Source: an uncultured virus (IMG/VR IMGVR_UViG_3300021197_000193) (lineage: Duplodnaviria; Heunggongvirae; Uroviricota; Caudoviricetes). From it: a stretch of DNA of 64,000 bases. The notes beneath the pieces were generated by a model that saw only the letters and a program-made list of their open reading frames with translations, searched no databases and had not been told where the DNA came from. The number at the start of each line of letters is the position of its first letter. Positions within the stretch are counted from its first letter, which is position 1. The position numbers were made by a program, and so were the translations under genes. The DNA lies in the IMG/VR virus record IMGVR_UViG_3300021197_000193, positions 1-64,000 of that record; one strand, 5' to 3'. Positions 58,389 to 64,000 of this stretch are shown here, in pieces.

Positions 58389-58619
58389 TTATTGGTCTTC
58401 GTCGGGATTAAAATCAAACTCTAACTGTGCATCGTCTGTAGGTTGCGGTGTTTTAGTTAGAGCGTCAGTCACATTGGTTTTGTTAAACCTGTATGTGTTA
58501 CCTACCTTTATATAAGTAGACTTGGGGATATGACCCTGCCGCACCCAAGCGCGGACAGTAGACACTGACACTGCGAAATGCTTTGCCAAGTCTTCTATTG
58601 GTACATATGGTTCTGCCAT
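58389..58619 (-). CDS. Excisionase/AlpA-like HTH DNA-binding protein
   Basis: IEDLAKHFAVSVSTVRAWVRQGHIP...VGNTYRF winged HTH. Confidence 0.8.
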   Translation of the reverse strand: MAEPYVPIEDLAKHFAVSVSTVRAWVRQGHIPKSTYIKVGNTYRFNKTNVTDALTKTPQPTDDAQLEFDFNPDEDQ

Positions 58620-59020
58620 TATTTTTTCCTCACTGAAATGACGTACTCGGTGTCGATGTTCATACCCTTGGGCATTACATCAGGGTTCTCCTCTATAAAT
58701 TGTTTTACATTGGTCTGGTTCAACCGCCTGTCTAGAAACTCGGGCACATCATGTTCTTTAATAAAGTTGTACATCTGCTCCCAATCACTGGTCCAGTATT
58801 TGGTTTTAGTAGACCGAAAAAACAAACCTTCAGAGGTTCTAACGCTTTCGACATTGTGGCTATCACAGTAGTCTAGCAGCGCGTTCTTTAAGATTTCCTG
58901 TTGGCGTACCAACGCTCCATCTTCTTCCTTGTACCGTGCGGATAATTCTGCTCGTTTTGCCCTTAATTTTATGTAGGCTTTAGTCAGTTTATCTGCAGGT
59001 ATATCGGACGTATCGTCCAT
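58619..59020 (-). CDS. Conserved phage replication-module protein
   Basis: Coiled-coil N-terminus, SVRTSEG, DWEQMYNFIKE; RBS AGGAGAATGAC. Confidence 0.7.
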   Translation of the reverse strand: MDDTSDIPADKLTKAYIKLRAKRAELSARYKEEDGALVRQQEILKNALLDYCDSHNVESVRTSEGLFFRSTKTKYWTSDWEQMYNFIKEHDVPEFLDRRLNQTNVKQFIEENPDVMPKGMNIDTEYVISVRKK

Positions 59021-59050
59021 TAGTCATTCTCCTACTGTAACGAGAATTAC

Positions 59051-59079
59051 AATCTAGTAGCTTATAATGCCCTAGTCAA
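59051..59079 (-). promoter_or_regulatory. Sigma70-like internal promoter
   Basis: Minus strand TTGACT-N17-TAGATT upstream of the 58619..59020 gene. Confidence 0.6.
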
Positions 59080-60607
59080 GCAATTCTTTGTATAAGTCGA
59101 TCATTTTTGTGTGAACGTCTATTCTGTTGTTTAATAATGAATAAATACGCTTTTCCACAGCAGAACCTTGTAGCTGAACAACAGTACATCGGTGTTTCTG
59201 CCCCGACCTATGCACCCTAGCGTTTGCCTGTGCGTATGTTTCCAATGAAGATGTTGGCCCCCACCAGACTACAGTGTTAGCTGCTGTTAACGTAACACCG
59301 TGTGCCGCGGACTGCGGCTGGATGACAAGCACCTTTGGGTTGTCTGTGTTTTGGAACCGTTTAAAGATATCGGTGCGCCGTGCTACGGGAACATCCCCAC
59401 GGATCACCTCGGTTGTAATACCATCGTCTCGTAGTTTATCTGTCAGTATATCAATGGTGTGTTTGAATGGTACGAACACAAGAACCTTTTGACTGCTCTC
59501 GTCGATAACTTCTTTCAACACTTTGTATCTGTGCTTGATGTCAAACTCTAGCGTGTCGCCTTCGTCGGTGTAGACTGCCCCTGCCGATATTTGCAGTAGT
59601 TTGTTCATAATTATCGCTGCGTTCACAGCGGTGACTTCATCGTCACCCACTGTCATAGTCATACGCTTACGCAGCATCTCATAATATTTTTTCTGTTGCC
59701 GTGTTAGCTCCACATGTCGGTTGGTGTATGTCATCTCAGGTAGGTCAAGACATTCTTCCTTGGTAAACCGTATGGCAGGTTGCAGAATGTTAAACACTGT
59801 ATCTGACGCATGGGGTTTTATTACCCACCTAAATTGTGACACCTTGCTCATAACCATATCACGGAACGAACCAAAGAACCGTGGTACAGCGTTGGGGTTT
59901 ATCATTTTAGCAAGGCCGTATGCATCCAATGGAGATTGCGCCGCGGGTGTACCTGTCATCATCCAGAGCCAAGTATCTTCCCCGATTATGCGCCGTAGCA
60001 CCTTCCATCGTTTTGATTGTGCGTTCTTGTAATGCGTAGCTTCATCTACAACAACCAAATCAAACCCACCGTTCAAGATGTCTTCCGCTACTATTTCCAC
60101 ACCGTCATAATTTATTATGACAAACTCTGAACCTTGCTGGATGATCTCACGGCGTTTCTTTGACGCGCCATAAGCTATCGACACGCTACGATGCGGCGCA
60201 AACGTAAACAAATCCTCACGCCACGCGCTATCCATAATTGACAAAGGGCATATAACTAACACTCGTTTAATCTTGCCTTGCTTCATCAGATAATCCGCGG
60301 CCCAGATAGCGGACGCTGTTTTGCCTGTGCCTTGTTCGTTGAAACAAAAAGCCTTTGTGTTCATGGTTAGAAACGCGGCGGTCTTCTTTTGGTGGTCAAA
60401 CGGCGTATGTTTGCCTGTCCATGTATACCTACCATTGATCGGAGAAGGGACGTTTATGTTTAACTTTCTCAGGCTGTGCGCTTCGTCTATCCCCCACTTC
60501 ACTACGACTTCGTTATCCTCTATGGCACGACTTGCAGGGATTGTTTCAGTGACACGTTTAGGGTTGCGTAGCTTTAACAGCAACGCCTTGCCATCGACTA
60601 TTTGCAT
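59072..60607 (-). CDS. SNF2-family helicase
   Basis: EQGTGKT, VVDEAT, MTGTP, QANARVHRSGQ. Confidence 0.9.
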   Translation of the reverse strand: MQIVDGKALLLKLRNPKRVTETIPASRAIEDNEVVVKWGIDEAHSLRKLNINVPSPINGRYTWTGKHTPFDHQKKTAAFLTMNTKAFCFNEQGTGKTASAIWAADYLMKQGKIKRVLVICPLSIMDSAWREDLFTFAPHRSVSIAYGASKKRREIIQQGSEFVIINYDGVEIVAEDILNGGFDLVVVDEATHYKNAQSKRWKVLRRIIGEDTWLWMMTGTPAAQSPLDAYGLAKMINPNAVPRFFGSFRDMVMSKVSQFRWVIKPHASDTVFNILQPAIRFTKEECLDLPEMTYTNRHVELTRQQKKYYEMLRKRMTMTVGDDEVTAVNAAIIMNKLLQISAGAVYTDEGDTLEFDIKHRYKVLKEVIDESSQKVLVFVPFKHTIDILTDKLRDDGITTEVIRGDVPVARRTDIFKRFQNTDNPKVLVIQPQSAAHGVTLTAANTVVWWGPTSSLETYAQANARVHRSGQKHRCTVVQLQGSAVEKRIYSLLNNRIDVHTKMIDLYKELLD

Positions 60608-60619
60608 TTGCTTCTCCTA

Positions 60620-60637
60620 TTTAGGGAACTCCCTAAA
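60620..60637. promoter_or_regulatory. Palindrome copy 8
   Basis: tttagggaactccctaaa directly upstream of the helicase RBS (AGGAG). Confidence 0.85.
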
Positions 60638-60907
60638 TCATTTTTTCTTTTTGTAGTTCCGTGCGCGGTTCTTGCTGCGGCTTTCAATTCTTACACCGTC
60701 TTTATTTGAACCGCCTTTCGACAAGGCTTTCTTGTGACTGATGTCTTTGCCTTCGCGTTTATCAGCTTTACCGTTCCTGTTAGCATCTTTACTGGTGCGA
60801 TCCATCTTACGGCGGGCACGCTGACGTTCCATCCTAGCCTCAAACGGCTTACTACCGACAGGTTTGTTCTTCTGTTTGGGGCGATCTTTGGGGTTCTTGT
60901 ATGGCAT
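60638..60907 (-). CDS. Small basic HNH-like protein
   Basis: GKDISHKKALSKGGSN...SKNRARN. Confidence 0.65.
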   Translation of the reverse strand: MPYKNPKDRPKQKNKPVGSKPFEARMERQRARRKMDRTSKDANRNGKADKREGKDISHKKALSKGGSNKDGVRIESRSKNRARNYKKKK

Positions 60908-61575
60908 CAGTTGGCTCCGTTATGGACACATTCAATGATAGGGCAGTGGCGTCTGCATAACCCATTAGGGCGAGCGTTCCACATATCTTCTTTTGCCGCG
61001 GTTTCCATCTGCCCATACTTGCCGAGCCATTTCTCCCACAGCTTAGATTTATCATACTCCATGTAAGTATCTTTTACCAAGTCATTACATACCACAAAAA
61101 GTAATGCGGCGCGTACTTTCTTTATCTGCGGATACAACGCCATCAACGCTAGGGCCATCAACTCTAGCTGCCCTTTGTCCGCGTACTTGGAAGACTTGCC
61201 TGTTTTGTAATCCACAACAGTAGCTGTTTCGTCGTCTAATATAACTAAATCAGCTATACCGCGAAACCAAACATCATCCGCATAAAAATTACATGCGTCC
61301 AAGTTTGCTGTTAATCCTAATTTTATTTCACATAGTTTTTGCCCCTGCCTATCCTTTAAAGATGTTAAGGCTTGAGCTGCGTAGCTGAACTTAGCGGGCA
61401 CAGGTGTGCCTTTACCAATAAAATCCTCGGCCATTTTATGGAACTCGTTGCCATATATTATAGCTTCGGTCTTTACAAACGGCACCTCTTTCAAGATGTG
61501 TTTATGGTAATACTGTTTTGGACACTGCTCAAAGTCTTTGATCTTGCTAAACGACCACGGCCATACTTTTGTCAC
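60907..61575 (-). CDS. PD-(D/E)XK (Cas4/RecB-like) exonuclease
   Basis: WSFS..FEQCP, GIADL, VVDYKTG, QLELMA, CRRHCPIIEC. Confidence 0.85.
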   Translation of the reverse strand: MTKVWPWSFSKIKDFEQCPKQYYHKHILKEVPFVKTEAIIYGNEFHKMAEDFIGKGTPVPAKFSYAAQALTSLKDRQGQKLCEIKLGLTANLDACNFYADDVWFRGIADLVILDDETATVVDYKTGKSSKYADKGQLELMALALMALYPQIKKVRAALLFVVCNDLVKDTYMEYDKSKLWEKWLGKYGQMETAAKEDMWNARPNGLCRRHCPIIECVHNGAN

Positions 61576-63401
61576 TCACACTCTCCATATGATTTGCCTG
61601 TGCCGCTTTCACATGTGATCGGTAATCCATCAGCCCAGTCGGGCGTCTGGCGCATACATTCTTCTATGTACGCTTGTGCTTCGTCTAATTCTTCGTCGGC
61701 TACACAGGCTACAATACTATCATGTACAGTTAGCACAACATTGTATCTCTTGGCAATAAGTAACATCTGATGCCCAATGATACAACGTGCAATGGCTTGG
61801 CATACATTCTCCACGACCTTACCACCGTATATACGTTTCGGTCCACGCCTAGTCTTGTAAGTGTATTCAAACCCACGTTCACCCTGTTCCGCGTCTAAGC
61901 CATGATAGAACATGGGTAGGCCCGAAGGTAACACAATGGCGCTATGCTTTGCGACTACATGTAGGACGCCTTCACGCCCAAACGGTAGATCATCTCCGCG
62001 TTGCATGTGCTGCACCATGTTGTTGGCATCGCGCCATAACTCACTAATCGCATCGTTAGCGTCACGGTATACTTGTATGATGCGCCGTGCTTCTTCCAAG
62101 TCTATATACACGCCCATACCTTGTAACTGTGCTTGGAACTTAACTGCCCCCATACCGTACCCTGCACCAAGGATAGTGGTTTTACCCACAAATCTTTGGT
62201 CTTTGCTTACCCCATCTACTGGCACGTTATATATGCTAGACGCCATGTACTTATATACGTCTTCACCCGCTGCGAACTGTGATACCAGATCATGCTGCCC
62301 TGCAAGCCACGCCAACACACGCGCTTCAATTTGGGAACTGTCACAATCAACAAGAGAATGTCCTGTTGGTGCGACTATGCTTCCCTTTAACTTCTTACCG
62401 TTTGGTCCACGGCTAGGTAGGTTCTGTAGGTTGATTTTATCATCTCCGCCCCAACGTCCAGTGTGCGCAGCATAATATCTTACAGGCACAGGCAGAAGTC
62501 CGCGCGCTGCTATATCTATAAACCTCTGCGTACGCGTTTCTTCTAGCGTGGATTTACTGCCTAACCTTGCGGCCACCAGTGCTTGCACCCGATCATCTTC
62601 GTGGTCAGTCAGTGCTTTAAAGTCTTCGTCGTTCTTAGCGAACGCAAATGTTTCTTTGCCTGTTGTCAGACTTATCTTCATGGGCGGTTTAACCCCGAAC
62701 CCTTTTAGTAACTCCGCGAACTTAGGGTTGGACATAAGGTCTTTTTTGTCTTCAACACCTGCATCAGATAGCAGCCTTTCTTTTCGCTGCTTAACATCCT
62801 GCAAGTGCGACTGTAGCAATCCGCTGTCCAACTCTAGTGTAGGCTCAGTAAACATCCGCAGGGTGGCGTCTATCAAACGTAGCTCCGGCTTAGGGAACCG
62901 TTTGAGCATCCTGTTAAAAAGTTTGTAGGTTAGTTCCACATCATTTATGCAGTAGTCTCCGTACTGCTCTAATTCTTCGGTGGCAAAATCTCCACGTTGC
63001 TTGCCGATTGCGCGTACGACCTCTGTGCCTTTAACGCCGAGATTGTACCTCTCAGATAACGCAGCGAGACTTGCGCGAGCTTCAGTCCCATGTAGGGCAC
63101 GGGCAATACACAAAGTATCGGTATACATCCGAGGACGAATACCAAAACGCCAACTAAGAATGGCACCATCAAACATAGTGTTATGACAAAGTACCATAGC
63201 ATCTTCCCAAGGGAACGATGTGAGGTATCGGTTAAGCTGTTCGTACGTACCACTGGCCCACTCCGTCTCCCCATTATTTACTTTAACAGCCACGCCGATC
63301 ACCTCAAAACGAGGATCACGGACGTAGGCTTCTGTTGTTAACTTAGACAAAGAATAATCTCTGTCATAGTAGGTTTCAAAATCTAGCGTGATTAAGTCCA
63401 T
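61572..63401 (-). CDS. polA: Family A DNA polymerase with 3'-5' exonuclease
   Basis: Exo LDFET, HNTMFD, YCINDV; TGRW, NLQNLP, motif A DSSQIEARV, motif B KTTILGAGYG, motif C TVHDS. Confidence 0.92.
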   Translation of the reverse strand: MDLITLDFETYYDRDYSLSKLTTEAYVRDPRFEVIGVAVKVNNGETEWASGTYEQLNRYLTSFPWEDAMVLCHNTMFDGAILSWRFGIRPRMYTDTLCIARALHGTEARASLAALSERYNLGVKGTEVVRAIGKQRGDFATEELEQYGDYCINDVELTYKLFNRMLKRFPKPELRLIDATLRMFTEPTLELDSGLLQSHLQDVKQRKERLLSDAGVEDKKDLMSNPKFAELLKGFGVKPPMKISLTTGKETFAFAKNDEDFKALTDHEDDRVQALVAARLGSKSTLEETRTQRFIDIAARGLLPVPVRYYAAHTGRWGGDDKINLQNLPSRGPNGKKLKGSIVAPTGHSLVDCDSSQIEARVLAWLAGQHDLVSQFAAGEDVYKYMASSIYNVPVDGVSKDQRFVGKTTILGAGYGMGAVKFQAQLQGMGVYIDLEEARRIIQVYRDANDAISELWRDANNMVQHMQRGDDLPFGREGVLHVVAKHSAIVLPSGLPMFYHGLDAEQGERGFEYTYKTRRGPKRIYGGKVVENVCQAIARCIIGHQMLLIAKRYNVVLTVHDSIVACVADEELDEAQAYIEECMRQTPDWADGLPITCESGTGKSYGECE

Positions 63402-63835
63402 TACTTACTCGCTATCTCGCCACCACATGCCATGTAACCACATGCGTCTATCCAGTTGTCTGGATGTGATGGGTTCGACTTGATACGCGCGACTTTTAAC
63501 AAGTTCATCATCACAGCTACATCTGTGGCGCTTACTTCCACACCTAGATGCACGGACCAATACTTACCTATCGTGGTGAAATTATCTTCCATGTTACCAT
63601 GGTCAGCCGCGCGATCCTTGGTCACGTATTCTTTGGCGGTGTCTAGCACCTTCCCACGCGTAACCCTACGCGCTTCTTTTTCAAAAACTTCTTTGGGCGT
63701 ACCAATCTTCTTCATCAGATTGCTTACATAGCTTGGGGATGTTTTAGTCGCCATGGCAATTTCTCTGCCTGTAGCGTCAGGGTTTTTTATTTTATACTTC
63801 CAGACTTTTTCCGCTTTGTTTGGATTCTTCGCCAT
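63401..63835 (-). CDS. HTH + DUF6378-like protein
   Basis: C-terminal DRAADHG...MMNLLKVAR...DNWIDACGY; start refined to MAKNP with GAGGAG RBS. Confidence 0.75.
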   Translation of the reverse strand: MAKNPNKAEKVWKYKIKNPDATGREIAMATKTSPSYVSNLMKKIGTPKEVFEKEARRVTRGKVLDTAKEYVTKDRAADHGNMEDNFTTIGKYWSVHLGVEVSATDVAVMMNLLKVARIKSNPSHPDNWIDACGYMACGGEIASK

Positions 63836-64000
63836 TGTTTTCTCCTCTTGGCAAGTCATATTTTCTTTTTATGTTAGACGCTGTTTTTGGGCTTATACCC
63901 ATTATTTCCGCGATAGATTTCAACGTCATGCTACGTTTCAACATGCGGTCAACCATCTCAGCGTCTTTGGTCAACACCAACTTATTGGCTTCTTTCTTGG
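63792..64000 (-). CDS. HTH protein, partial
   Basis: LKSIAEIMGISPKTASNIK HTH; frame stays open to the window end. Confidence 0.55.
   Translation of the reverse strand, partial: KKEANKLVLTKDAEMVDRMLKRSMTLKSIAEIMGISPKTASNIKRKYDLPRGENNGEESKQSGKSLEV

Noticed and set aside
60907..61575. Cas4-like nuclease as evidence of a CRISPR system
   Set aside because: Stand-alone PD-(D/E)XK nucleases are routine in phage replication modules next to PolA and helicase.

Overview
Most of the genome of a tailed dsDNA bacteriophage (podovirus-like gene order; marine alphaproteobacterial, probably Rhodobacteraceae, host inferred from a GcrA-like HTH and S-L/I-R-P-K-A-R-P motifs). Layout: (1) 1-8.2 kb, minus-strand early genes (DUF2201/vWA-like metallopeptidase, MoxR-type AAA ATPase, small proteins) around an iteron-containing putative origin at ~6.84-7.08 kb; (2) 8.5-54.5 kb, plus-strand virion module (TerS, TerL, portal, GroES-like chaperonin, scaffold, major capsid, small basic proteins, adaptors, tail fibres, three tandem DFGDL-repeat paralogs, holin/M15 endolysin, tail nozzle, ejection proteins including a repeat-rich giant gene broken by a 10-N gap and a 2271-aa polyvalent protein); (3) 54.6-64 kb, minus-strand replication module (primase-helicase, SSB, SNF2 helicase, PD-(D/E)XK nuclease, family A DNA polymerase). 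Most unusual: an acyl carrier protein plus catalytically intact beta-ketoacyl synthase plus a 155-aa unknown, with a candidate promoter, placed between the tail nozzle and the ejection proteins (possible virion-protein lipidation system); an 18-bp palindrome repeated 8 times, mostly just upstream of ribosome-binding sites; and a candidate ~65-nt sRNA complementary to the shared GGAGAATGACAA leader of early genes. All functional calls come from motifs read by eye and gene order; no database searches were run. No tRNA, CRISPR array, integrase or reverse transcriptase was seen.
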